Source: Balanoglossus misakiensis
Lineage: Eukaryota; Animalia; Hemichordata
Assembly (NCBI GenBank): GCA_040954595.2
Contig: CM082577.2
Coordinates: 10,656,806 to 10,720,805 of the forward strand
DNA: 64,000 bases
Direction: 5' to 3'
In this document: piece by piece, positions 21,497 through 46,512 of the stretch
Position numbering within the stretch: position 1 is the first letter of the stretch
Layout of the letters: the number at the start of each line of letters is the position of its first letter
Notes under the pieces: generated by a model
What the model was told of the DNA's origin: nothing
What the model saw: the letters and a program-made list of their open reading frames with translations, nothing else
Databases searched by the model: none
Translations under genes and position numbers: made by a program

Positions 21497-24400
21497 TTAT
21501 TCTGTTGATAGGTGCTTCAGCAATAATGTCGTTACTTCAGTAATATGAAGTTTTTCCTGCAAAAAAGAGAATAAAATTATTTTTGTATTTATTATGGGTC
21601 AATCAATCGCGGTAGAAAATTAACATTATCATTGTAATTGTCAGTCTGTATCCTGCCTCCAATATCCACAAATGTGAAAGCTGCCGTGACTGGCAAAATG
21701 GTAACTGCACCACAACCAATGGCAATCAGACACCATTTTAAAGGGACATAACCTGTATGCTTTGGCTTTGTATATTTTTGTTCTGTGTACCCAATGCAAT
21801 ATTCTACTCCAAATTCATGCTAATATACCTAGTACTCAGCTTGTCAACAAAGTCTGTATGTGTATAACTGCCATTGTTATTGTTGACAAATGAATTCTAG
21901 TCCGGACTAGAATACAAATTTTGCACATTAATAACAATGCTGATTACATACTTATATGTTGTGTTAATAAGCTGGGTACTGGGCATTTTATCATATTTCA
22001 GGAATCTGAACAAGAAACTGCAGTAGATACACAAAACAAACATACTGAAAACACAGCGAAAGCCCATCCTTGACTTACCCTGAGTGTGGTGTCTCTGTTT
22101 CTCATGGTGATGACACCATTTTGCAAAGTGTTTTCATTGATAATAACAGTGAAAGGCACGCCCATTTCATCAAATCTGAAAATCAATGAAAAAAGCAGTA
22201 ATGAAGATGAGAGTTAGTGTACGCAAAAATCAACAGGCCTCCTGGATCTTTCCTTTTTTTCCAAAATGGTAAACAAATGACTCTCCAGCACTACACTCCC
22301 CAGTTTAGTCCATCCCTACTTTTGAATTTTCGCCATCTCAGTACCATGGAGCTGAGCATGGACAGGACTTTGGCCACACAAAATAAAGCCAGTAAAAAAG
22401 ATACACCTGCATTCGACTGTTAAGTCCTTAAACAATCCACAGTCTTAACCCTTTCACCCCCAAGTTCCCTCTATAGAGATCCAATCTTACCATAGAAAAC
22501 AATGGGTTTGGACTGAACCATGGTGGTGAAAGGGTTAAAGAAGTTTGGGTGGGCTTCTGCTTATTAAAGGAAAACCCACACAAATCTTTTTTTCGTTTTT
22601 GAATCATGATTCACCTCTCTGTATTTCGGAACCAAATTATCACAAGTTTACAAGTGCAATTGAATTCCTGAGATCTTCATGTATAGGAAAAATTACAGTT
22701 TGTAACACAACCCATGAACAGAAAAATTTCTCCAAACTCTCCACGTGAATATCAGATACACAACTCTGCATTCCAATGCATGTATCTAATAATTATTTAG
22801 AATTCAGCAACAAACAATAAGCAGGCACTGTTCTGTTCACACACCTCACAAAATGTTGCTCTAACGTAGTCTGTGTGTCGCACACGTACAATGTATTAAC
22901 TCCGGACACGCGTAGTTCTCTCGACAGATGTTCTGAAATCTGTGAACAAAGAAAACACACGGTACAGAAAGCAGTTGAGAATATTACCATGAAATTACAT
23001 GTTTTCAGCTCATTTTATAAAACCCCTCATGTCTGCAAAACATTTTCTCAGGAAAATAATGCTGAGCATGTGCCTTATGTTGTATTCAAAACAACCAACC
23101 GAACCAGATCATGCTTACATAAAAGATCAAATTACAAGCTTGGAATGTACATACTGCAATATTGACAAGACTGAGTAAAAAAATAAAATTTTGCAGTATC
23201 GATAACCAGGCCCCACCCAAATTTTACAAACTGACCTCAAACCTTTTATTACGAAATACATGTAATGCAAAATTGCAGACTTCATCCCGATTTGAACAAA
23301 GTGAACTGAATAAAGTGACACAGTGTGCTGCATTTTTAAATTAAAAAAATTGTCTTATTTGTTTTTCACCCACCTCTCTTAACTCTCTGGTATTCTTCAG
23401 AGGAATGACTGCCACTTTGAATGGAGTTATCTTCATATGAAAACTCAGCAACTAAAATATTTACAAAAAAATAACATTTTATATAGTTTTATGGCCTTTT
23501 TCAGGTGACAGGCACATTTAGAAATGAAGTCCAAATTACTAATAACCATTCTAGAACAAAATGTTTAAAAGAACAATTCTCTGTTGGCACGTTGTTTAAA
23601 GTAGAACAAGAAATTACATTTGGTTCATTTGGTACGAAGAATAAAAGTACAGAAAATACAGCCAAAAGTTACAGCTATGTCCCTTGAAGTTACCTCTCGA
23701 GATCGGAGCTTGCCTTTGGTGTCCACTCTCTCTTTCTGCTGGTGGGCGTCCAGCAGGTAGGCCAAGATCCCCTTGTTGAGTTCAGCTGTGGCTTCTATGA
23801 TTACCGGAGTGACGTTTCTCCTGCCAAATTTACTCTGGCGGACAGGTGGATGGTGAAAAACATTGGGTGAGGATCAATAAATAGTCAAGGGATTTCTCAA
23901 ACTAAACACATGCTTTTTCAGTGCATTCATTTGAACATGACTGAAAAAATGAATTTTCTTTGAATTTCAATGAAAAATTGTTTCAAAAATGACAAAATGT
24001 GTACTTCAGCAAGATACTATCACTTTCAAAGCTTCTCTGAACAAATACCAAATATTTTATAAAGATCGATGAAATTACATCTTGGTGCCATATTGATGTT
24101 TCATTGTGAATTACCTTTTTCTTTTATTAAACAAGCAAGATTGAAAGTTTGAGATGTAGTTTGTGATTAATTTTTTTACAAAATTTTATTGACATGCAAC
24201 AGCCGAGTCTGTACATATAAATAAGAGAAGCACAAAGCTTGTACACGTGTAAGGTAAGAATCATTTCCATACAGTAATCATTGCAAATAATAAAATCATG
24301 TGCACCTATAAAAATATGTTGCACATCCATAAACATTTTGAAATAATAGAATTAGCAGTAAACAGGGTGTATTTTTATGGTGAATGTAATTTGAAGAAAA

Positions 24401-27400
24401 CTGTAACGGAAAATCTGTGAAAGATACAGCTATATTTGTTCTAAAGCAAAATGGCAATTTTTCCATATTCATGGAATTTACCAAATGACAACAGGAGATA
24501 TGATTGCATTTATGAGGAAACACTGAGAAGTAAGATTTGAGTTCATTCTGGAAAACATGCTCATCCCAATGTCACAGAACCTGTTACATGATTTGTAGAA
24601 ATAACATCTGTCGCACGTCCCCAGGCAGGGTAGCTACCCATAAATGTATTCAAACAAGATATTTATTTCTATAAGAGAGAATTACTGTAAATTTTAATTG
24701 CATGCATGTACTATAAGATTAGCATTAAAATACTGCAGATCACACGCTCAGTCAAACAATACATTGTGCTGATTCCTTCATGAATGATTTGCAAAATTAT
24801 ACACTATGCAGTTTTGTGCTTGGGAAATATCCATTCTCTGCAACAGTCCAAAATACAAATATTTTATTTCAAGGCGACACTTGGGATTTTGAATAATTTT
24901 TAACAGCAATTTTTTATTTTATTTGATGATCAAGATTTATGTTTACAACATTTAAAGGTATACAGTCACCTCCAATTTACATATGCCTGAAATGGTGTAT
25001 TTGAGCGTTCTAAAGAACATATGGTGGCGCTCTTTTTTTCGTGTGTGCCACCCACTGAAAATCTGTGATTGGCTAGATCTCAAATTGTCATGGTAACTAT
25101 TGCTAATTATCCATAGGTGACTGTATACCTTTAATTGGAGCAAAAATTTACCCACCTGTACACTAATTCCTATCTCCTGCAGTTCTAACAAATCGGCGTC
25201 ACCCCTGTTGGTTATTCTTTCTATCGTGTCCACTCCCCACGGGAATTCATATTGCACTTCAACGGTTTGTTGGGTCTCGCTTATTTTGATGTCCGTCAAC
25301 CGGAACTTGGAAGGGTTGCCTGCAAACTTCAGAGCCAAACTTCTGAGTTATCATGACATATCGATTTTTTAAAATAATTTCCTGCTTTGGGGAAGGAATT
25401 TAAATCTTTTTCTTGGTAGTAGTATTAGCAATCGCATTTTAATAAATGATTGTTATATCGTGACGAAAATCACTTAAAAGTCATCAATTTTGAACAATAT
25501 CTTCTGAGGTGACCTTTTCACACTGATTCAGGGGTCAAAGGTCATTAATTATAACAAGAATCTACCTTTCTCCACCAGAGAATCCTCTCTCGCTGCCACG
25601 TATCCATCCATTTTGTCGCAATCTTTGGAGGCGAGAAAAACTGCAGAGACAACTGGGTAAACTCTGATGAACTGTGAACCAAATTTGATGATAAATTATG
25701 AGACTAGTTTGTGCTGAATATCACACCCACGGTAACTTAGGAGACAAATGATAATTTACCATTTTTAAAGTGCAATCTGGTGTTTCTCATGTCAAAAGAT
25801 GGCCAGTTAACCCTTTAAACTGATTCTTGCTACTGCCCTCAGTGGTGGTCATCATACATTTTCTTGTTTATTGGCATTAACACAGATGTGTGCTCTTGCG
25901 ATTTCTTTGCATGTTCTATCATGGTGACTTACTTGAAAATGAATTTCTCTGCATCCATGTTATCAGAGTTCTTCACAAAACAGTGTCCAATCTGAGCCAA
26001 ACCGAACGGCAACTTGTTGTTCAGCAACTTCAAGCCTGCAGGGTACTGGCACAAAATACCTGGTTGGATGAGACACAAAATCGATCAGGGTTAACCCTGA
26101 CCTTCTCAGAGAGATCTTCCCGTTTTTTTTTCATTGGGATAGCTGGTAACGACAAATATGATGCAGAATTTGGATGGACACCCAAACATTGAAGCCAAGA
26201 CTGTGTTTATTAAAGGGACAAAGTATCTCTCTCACTGCCCATTTTCCATTAATGTTTGATACAAGACTAGGTTCATGTTATTCTACATGTAGATATATAG
26301 AAAATCAACATTCAATGACACACAACTTCCATCCCGTTTGTAAGATTTGAGAGTAAAAATCCCACCAAAATGAATAAATGGCAACAAGTTGGATGGATGT
26401 TGTGTGTGGTTGAACTTTGATTCACTATATATCCACATGTAGAATAATATAAACGGTGTCTTGTATCAAACATAATTAATGGAAAATGGGCAGCGAGAGA
26501 GAGAGACTTTGTCCCTTTAATGAGAATGGAAACAGACAAACCTCTGTGTTATAATATTTAGATACAATTATTTCATACTGCAGTACTCATATGTGATGAC
26601 AGCTGGTACAATGGAGCAAGCCCCTTCTGAATGAAATCTTGAATATCAATTTGTCTCGATGAACATATAATTACAACAGAGAGCTATGACACACTTACTT
26701 TTTTGACAGGAAGACTGCAGAAATATTTGTTGACTGAATGAAGACCTGCGGGCAGATTAGTTTCAAAACAATGACCTTATTTTGACAAGAAAGGCAAGAA
26801 AACTTGAATTACCGTTGAAAGACTGCATTTAGCATACCGTATGTACCAACAAAAGTACATGTACCAGAAATGGGAGGTCAACCAAGGGTCACAAAGAAGT
26901 GTCCAATCACTATCCTCTATGAGGCCCCCTGCGTCTCTTGACCCAACTTCAAATTTTCTTGAATTACAATTCCCCCCAAAATTTCAATTCAGAATATTTA
27001 GCCTACATGGCACATGTTCCAGAAGATTTGTCACAAGTTAATCCCTGGCCAATATTTACACAACTACAGGTATGGGCATCCATACCAAGGCTTCCACAGC
27101 CAACCTCAACCTACCCATTTGCTGTGGTTGTTGAGTTTTCAGAGTTAGGGTAGACAACCGACAAAGCCTGTTTGTCACCGTCGCAATCATACGTTAACTG
27201 AGAACTATCCACACCATAAACCAATTCCTGCGATAACACCGTACTTGTCCACCTGGAGGAATCAATCGAAAATATGACAACATCCTTATGAAACATGAAT
27301 CTGTATAGGTCTGTACCTACGGATTTTGACACCTCTATCTATAAAATTCAAAAGAAAAGGGCTCGAAGAACAAAACCACGCATCACCATTGTTGAAGTAA

Positions 27401-27532
27401 ATTTCTCTTCAGCTCCGTTCCCAGCGGTCCGTACAGAAAGCTTCCCGGCAGCAGTTTTCCCGGAACCTCAGCCGCGGAATACACGTATCCTTGCCTGCTA
27501 CACAGAGATATCAACTTCTGCAGTGGTGTCAT
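21497..27532 (-). CDS. POLG2: DNA polymerase gamma accessory subunit, ~401 aa
   Basis: Eleven exons in frame: 27387-27532 (YGPLGTELKRNLLQQW), 27115-27252, 26699-26745, 25933-26059 (KLPFGLAQIGHCF), 25566-25671 (WQRERILWWRK), 25156-25326 (YEFPWG), 23694-23834, 23374-23451, 22845-22939, 22079-22175 (DEMGVPFTVII...RNRDTTL), 21497-21556. Total 1206 nt. Confidence 0.93.
22449..22534. mobile_element. ~86 bp piggyBac-like MITE
   Basis: TTAA|CCCTTTCACC ... GGTGAAAGGG|TTAA. Confidence 0.75.
24956..25130. mobile_element. Kolobok-like MITE
   Basis: TTAA|AGGTATACAGTCACC ... GGTGACTGTATACCT|TTAA; second copy at 54007-54195. Confidence 0.8.
26214..26516. mobile_element. Kolobok-like MITE
   Basis: TTAA|AGGGACAAAG ... 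CTTTGTCCCT|TTAA with long imperfect arms; related copy at 50451-50704. Confidence 0.8.
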
Positions 27533-28200
27533 TTCAACCTCAGTTTAATGTCCAATGCAGCGTTCTCCGGCAATTTCCATTTTTTGACTGGTTCTCCAGA
27601 TTCTAAGTGGGAAAGTTTCTTGTCGATGGATGTTAAGTCTTTCTACACATAAGCTATGCAGTAGGCCTACACCATGGTTTAATTAATACACAATTAATAG
27701 CACACCGACACAAGTTCCACTTTGATTGAGAAACACATTCATGGGTGCTGGGGTTTTCTTAGATGGCCATATTGTGTGCATCCAACAATTTCAGGACCTG
27801 AAAGGACGAAAAACAGTATTAAAATTGAACATGCAGTACCAGTATATTTGCTCTGTAATATTATTGTTCCGAGTGCTAAGAATCCACAGACCATGAAAAA
27901 AATACAACTACATGTAGAACGTTCATCGCTACTTTTTCCACTATTTGAAAGTCATTGCCATATACATCCTGGAATATTAAACCCGATAATTCAAGAGCAT
28001 GGACCAATGGCAGAGAAAATGCAAAATCCAGGGCGGCATTTGGATTAGCCAATTGAAAATAAAATTGAGAAAAAATAGTGAAAACAGCCCCTCTCGCCAG
28101 CTTCCAAGTTTCACTTGGCCATTGAGGGCACACATTTAATCAGACCACATGACATCTGCGTAGGCGGCGAGAGGGGCTGTGAAAGAGTCAGGCTACTTAA

Positions 28201-28705
28201 AGGCACGTAAGCTGTAACTTTTGGGATAATTTTCATAATTTTTGTTTCAAACTGCACTACCATTAGTCCATGCAGATGAAGGCAGTGAACTATACACAAG
28301 CATTATAAACCCTAAATATGAGTGCATATGCAAGTTTTAACCAGATAAATAATAAAGCTTTGCCGCAAGCGATTATGGCCGCCACCGTGGGAAAATGCAA
28401 GAAACAATGAAAATGTTGCATTTCTGGTTATGAAACTTCATAAACAAAACATGATCTCATCCACTTGAGCTCATGGAAGTAAATGTACACCACTGAGACA
28501 TCAGATTTTCATTTTTCATTGCAATATTGCACATTTTTTTAAATTGCAGGAATTTACGTTTTTCTTTAATTTTTGGCCATTTTGTCATAAATAAGTGTTG
28601 AGCTTGATATATTATCATGAAATATCATTTAATAGACATAATTAAAAGCATATATGAGATTATTTAAAACTTTAATTTTTTTATCCAGTTACAGCTTACA
28701 TGCCT
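28201..28705. mobile_element. 505 bp Kolobok-like MITE, copy 2
   Basis: TTAA TSD, AG...CT termini, near-identical to 11509-12013. Confidence 0.85.
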
Positions 28706-29782
28706 TTAAGGGGCCACTAGGCTTGTATTTGCTTATGGTAAATGCACTGACTCCCCAGCAAACTTATCAAATGTAAATACGGTCCTGAGGGATGACCGAG
28801 CATTGCTTTCCTTACAATGTAAGCCTAAGGTAAGCAATGCTGTTGATCGATCAAGATCTCTTTCCCAGAAAGAATTAAAAATCAAGAATCAAACGTCTTG
28901 TTTTCCCCATCACTTTATTTTGACATAATACATAAAAGAAAAGCTGATGAGAAAAATATGAATAAACTACATAAAAAATAGTCTTATTTCGTGGCCACCT
29001 GCCAAAGTCTCCTGAGCGGGAACAACTCCCAGAATATGTCATTGGACACAATCGTCTTATGAACTACCGGTAACACATTACACATAATGCCACATTGTTT
29101 GTACACAAAATTTAACATCAAATAATATCACAAAATTCATTGTTCTCTTGATATTTATTATTGTTGTCATTCAATATTTGGGTGGGTACACTTTAGTGAT
29201 TGTGTCACACTATTAAAAAATAATTCATATCGGGTAGATTTTTGATGTTAACACACCTAATGCTCATGTCATGTTGTGATTGGCTAGAATCAGTCATGTG
29301 ACAAGGAGAGAGAATGTCTATTTCCCTAAGGAAATAGTCATTCTCTGTCCCTGTCACATGACTGATAGTCACACCTATTACTATCTGGTCACCTGACTAA
29401 TGTGAATTCACATCAAGACACGAGTATCAGTTGTGTTAACTTATAAACACATATTACCTGGTCCAGTTTCGAACTGTAAGACCCATCATGACTGTAAGGT
29501 ACCAACTCTCAGTCCTGTGGGGGTAATAAACTGGTGCTTTAGCTCTATTGGTCAGACTCGGGGAGTATGTGTTCAATATAAGAAAAACAGCACTGCTTGT
29601 CAGTTTTGTTGATAATAGCAACACACGGACTTAAGGTTGGCATAGTTTTTAATAAACAGTTTTTTCTCATTGTTCAAACTGTCGTATCAGAATTATCCCT
29701 GGGTTTGATTTTGTTTGATGTCATCACAGCGTCCATTATCTTTGAGAGAGGCAATATTGAACTAAAATATAAGTTTTAGAAT

Positions 29783-30598
29783 TTATGTTCTTGAGGAAGT
29801 CGGCGGCTGGGTTTTAGGTTTTGGCATCTTGGCTATGAGTTCGGAGACCTCCTTCTTTTCGTCAAAGTTCTTCCACAGGTCGTACAGCTTGAGGATCAGC
29901 TGGCTGATCTCCAGAATTTTGTCCAGATCCACGTTCAACTCGGCGAACCAGTGCTTACAGTCCTTCTGCAGGATGACGCAGGCCATGTGCAGGCAGGCGA
30001 AGGCGATCTGGTACGGCGGGTAGAGCAGGCACGCGTCCGTCCGCAGGCTGTCGTTGATGATGCGCCAGGCGAGAGGCAGCACCTGCTCCTCCTGCCGCAT
30101 GTCTTGCACGTACTGTATCAGCGGTCGGTACGGGTGGTAGACGATCATGCAACAGTCCAGCATCTCCAGGAGCAGGAATTCGCACTCCAGGACGTGGTTT
30201 ATCCGATAGGGGAACTCCTGGTTCCCGAAAGCGTAGCCGAACTTGTTCTTCACCACGGTCTGACACGCAGTGATCAGTCTGCTGTTGGATATGACGCCGA
30301 ACTCCTCCACCTTCGACGCCAGGAAGATGCACGTCGGGGCCATCAGCAACGGGTCTATGTTCTTCAGTGAGCTCTTGGAAAAGAACCTTTTGAAGTACAC
30401 CGTCGCCGTGGCAATGACTTGCTGGCGGACTTTCAGCTGCTCACCGAGGGCCTGTATCAGGTTGGCGAAAAAAATCATCAATTTTTGGTATTCCTCGTCC
30501 ATCAGGTCTTTCAGATCTTTCTGCCGTTCCCGCATGATGTCCTGCTTGTCGAGAATCCACTGCTGATAGTGGGAGCTCCTCCAAAAATTGCCCGCCAT
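29783..30598 (-). CDS. CCNC: Cyclin C (Mediator CDK8 module), single-exon ORF, 271 aa
   Basis: Uninterrupted ORF MAGNFWRSSHYQQWILDKQD...QQVIATATVYFKRF...PTCIFLASKVEE...HPYRPL; classic cyclin C sequence. Confidence 0.98.
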   Translation of the reverse strand: MAGNFWRSSHYQQWILDKQDIMRERQKDLKDLMDEEYQKLMIFFANLIQALGEQLKVRQQVIATATVYFKRFFSKSSLKNIDPLLMAPTCIFLASKVEEFGVISNSRLITACQTVVKNKFGYAFGNQEFPYRINHVLECEFLLLEMLDCCMIVYHPYRPLIQYVQDMRQEEQVLPLAWRIINDSLRTDACLLYPPYQIAFACLHMACVILQKDCKHWFAELNVDLDKILEISQLILKLYDLWKNFDEKKEVSELIAKMPKPKTQPPTSSRT

Positions 30599-30934
30599 TG
30601 CAACTACAGCACCAATTAATGTTCAGCACACACAAGCACACGAGACGTAGCTGGTCGTACCAATTTTCGGAAGCAATTTCCTTTGTAGGTAGGCAAACTT
30701 CCCTGATGATGGAGCCGCATATATAATAGCACAATACGTACGTGTCGTCGTCGGTTGCCAACTCGCTGGAGTACACAATAAAACTCCCTACAACTGGGAT
30801 GTGACTGATAAATAATCAGGTAAAACTTGCTGAAGGACGCCCCAATTATTCACGATATTGCTGTCGATGTCAAAACCCGGGTGTAAAATGAACAAAGGGA
30901 CAAAATCTCGGGTTTCTGGGCGCTGTGTTATCAC

Positions 30935-31005
30935 CGGTGACGACACAGGAGAGGAAATGGCGGCTTTCTATAAGGTCATTGGGGTGAAAGGTCAGAGTTC
31001 AACTT
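30935..31005 (-). promoter_or_regulatory. CCNC promoter region
   Basis: CpG-rich; YY1-like GAAATGGCGGC; DR1-like GGGTGA-A-AGGTCA-G-AGTTCA. Confidence 0.45.
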
Positions 31006-33797
31006 AGATAGCTGTATCCATCCGGCGACGGAGCGGTTCGTGGTTTTGGAATCGGGAAAGGATTCCGAAGTGATCTATTTATTGTAGAGCACAGCTACTA
31101 CACCTGTGACCTATACATCTAGGGAGCGTTTGCATATCAGAACCCATAATTTCATCACTACATCACATGTGTACGTACACATGTAGTCACTACATCGTAC
31201 ACGTGCGTTCATCCCCCCTCTACTGTCTATGGTTCATCATTGTCTTATGCAGAGCTAACACAACATGATCTGTAATAGTACGATTAGGCAAATGAATAAT
31301 ATTAGTATATCATATAAGAATTTCTGTCCTTATCCGAGTCAACAGTACTGCACTGACCTTTAGATTCGCTCGACATTTGGAAATGGCGCCAATCGACCGC
31401 AGTTCAGAGATTCCCTCCTCGTTTATCAACGCCAGGCACGAAAGAGGGCGCCACATAACATGTAAAAGATACATTGAGCGCAAGAGCGTTAGTACGTTCG
31501 TTTTGTGAAAGCTATATTTGTATTTGAAAAACGTACACATTTCTGATGGTTAAATCAAAGTTTGCATTAATTGACAAATTGCACATTCATATCGGCAAGT
31601 TACTTTGTATGTGATTGTAAGTTGTTGTTTTTTGCTGAACGGAATGTTATGCCAATCGCCTATTTGTAAAAAAATGGAAGAAGAATGTGTCAGTAAAAAT
31701 TGCATGGCTTATTGGCCTAAACGAGACGAAAGTTACGCCAAAAGTTGTACGACCGCGCGCGATGTTCCTGGAGTCCGTGAACATGTGAAAACCCAGGTGA
31801 ACCAGTGGGGCGCTGTTCACATTGAACACGTGTCAGGGCCAAGGAGTGTACCTTCTCCTCGCGAAGTGACGTAAAAGAACTATTGTCGCACTGAGTCCAA
31901 GGTGGTTTACTTTGTATCTGAATTGCATTTCCTTTTGAACAGACTATTGAAAACACTAAAAGAGAGTGCTGTGCGTATTACCATTCACTGTTTAATCGGA
32001 ATTTGCCATTGGAACAAGTTCAAAGACAGGCGCGGAAGGTCAGAACAATATGGTATCGACAACACTTCTCTACGATTTTGCGCCTACGCACTCCACAACG
32101 CTAAAATTCATCAGTGATAAATCTCGAGTGTTGTATTTTTCTCCATAGAAATTCCTATATGTCTTTCTTACGAAATTGATATTGAAACCACCACTATAAA
32201 TGCTTGAATTCTGTGCGTTTATAGTCCTGCGATTTGCTCAATGTAGGGAAGTCTGAAATCATTTATACACATTTCACATCCACCACGACTGCTCTGGCTT
32301 TTGATGACAATGAAAATGATCGACTGAACACAAGAATTCACCATTCCAGAAGACCAACTCATTTTATTGCATATAAAAGTGTTCACATAATGATAACCAT
32401 TGGGGGGGGGGGGAACCCAGCAAAACGTTTCCAGCAGTGTTCCCTGAAAATCTTGAAGCGTTCCAAAAAAATCCATAGATTCTATGGGTTGCCTACTCTA
32501 TATTTAGCTGATAATTGCCTCATTTGAAAGTGGTTTTCTATCATGAAACTCTAAGTGAAAGATAGGTGAAGCTGACTTCGAAAACTGATAAAATGAATGC
32601 ATGTTTTTATTTTACTACCGAAAGAAGAAGAATTTACAAATGCTTTTCATTTTTTTTTCACGCACAGTTGATGCAGGACCATTCTTCCTGAGATGCAAAA
32701 AACTCACCAGTGCATTTAACTTTTATTGGTGTTCCACAATAATATCTACAATCATTGTACATGTACGTACAACAGCAACCTCATGTACATAAACTACTGC
32801 TTTCTTTTCTGGCCAATAGATAAATTTCAACTTCAAGCTGAAAAAACCTGACAGCAAAAAATCAAACATTTCACCTAATACATTTTTCTGCCTATAAAAT
32901 GTACAGATCACTCACGTTCTAATGATACCAGCTGCCAAGTCAAACCAAATTCAATGCACATGTTTATAAAATTGTAAATATCCCCAAATTAGTCCACAAT
33001 TATGTGAATCTCACGTCAGTCACTTTGTTATTATGAAAAGTAATCAGCCCTGGTAATAACGACAGAATGTGTAGCATACCCGCACCGAAAAGGTGAATGA
33101 AATTTGCAAAAGCACTTGGGAACCAAAAAACCTGGTGCTTATAATCCAAGGAAGATACCACATATATATTAAAGTCATATCCATACACCGCAGCTCTGGT
33201 GACTACTACAATGGCAATGCAATGTGTTGAGAGTTCATTTTGGTGGCCCACTGTAATCTGGAATTCGAATCGACCACGGTACAGGCAGAAAACTTTGATC
33301 AACGAAGAGAGACATATTCCCATGTGCGTTTACTTGTACGTACCACTATTGCTCATGTGCTGCAGTGGTCACCATGTGATGTTTTATCCCAGAGAAGGCC
33401 TACCAAATTATGGGTGTAATTGAAAACTATGTGTCACCAATTTAGTTCTTTGGCACCTATATTGCACAAATGCTGGCCACAGGAATGAACACTGTGTTTT
33501 GAACTCAATTTTGCGAAACACGCAACTTGAATACATAAGAAAATATCTAAGTATTAAATACAAAAGAATAAAGAACAGGGCGGATGTACGGCATATCACT
33601 GGAGAAAATTAACACACTTCTAGATTATGTTGATTATGGGGATTCAAATCTTGCGCAGGTTAGCTTGAAATAAGTAATATCCTGACCACACGATGAATTA
33701 GTCTGCTGAAAATTTGAACATATTTCGGTATTTCAGTTGGGAAAAAAAATTAGGCACTCTTGATTCGAACAGTTGCGTGAAACTGGATGTTGGCATC

Positions 33798-46388
<12,591 letters not shown>

Positions 46389-46448
46389 CTATTCTGCTTT
46401 CGTTTGCTGTACACGCGTCACGATGCTACTATCGGCCACGCCAACCTG

Positions 46449-46512
46449 AGGTCAAAGGTCATAACCTGACACGCATAGAGGTCGCTCGCATTCTCGCGCA
46501 CACACCACGTGG
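46449..46512. promoter_or_regulatory. CMAS promoter with a perfect DR1 nuclear-receptor element and an E-box
   Basis: AGGTCA-A-AGGTCA at 46449-46461, CACGTG at ~46506, CpG-rich, 160-220 bp upstream of the ATG. Confidence 0.5.

Noticed and set aside
29829-30619. Several overlapping and antisense ORFs over cyclin C
   Set aside because: By-product of GC3-rich codon usage; no recognisable protein.
31300-32120. CpG-rich segment with short ORFs upstream of CCNC
   Set aside because: No recognisable protein or consistent splice structure; possibly a TE remnant or divergent ncRNA, but unsupported.
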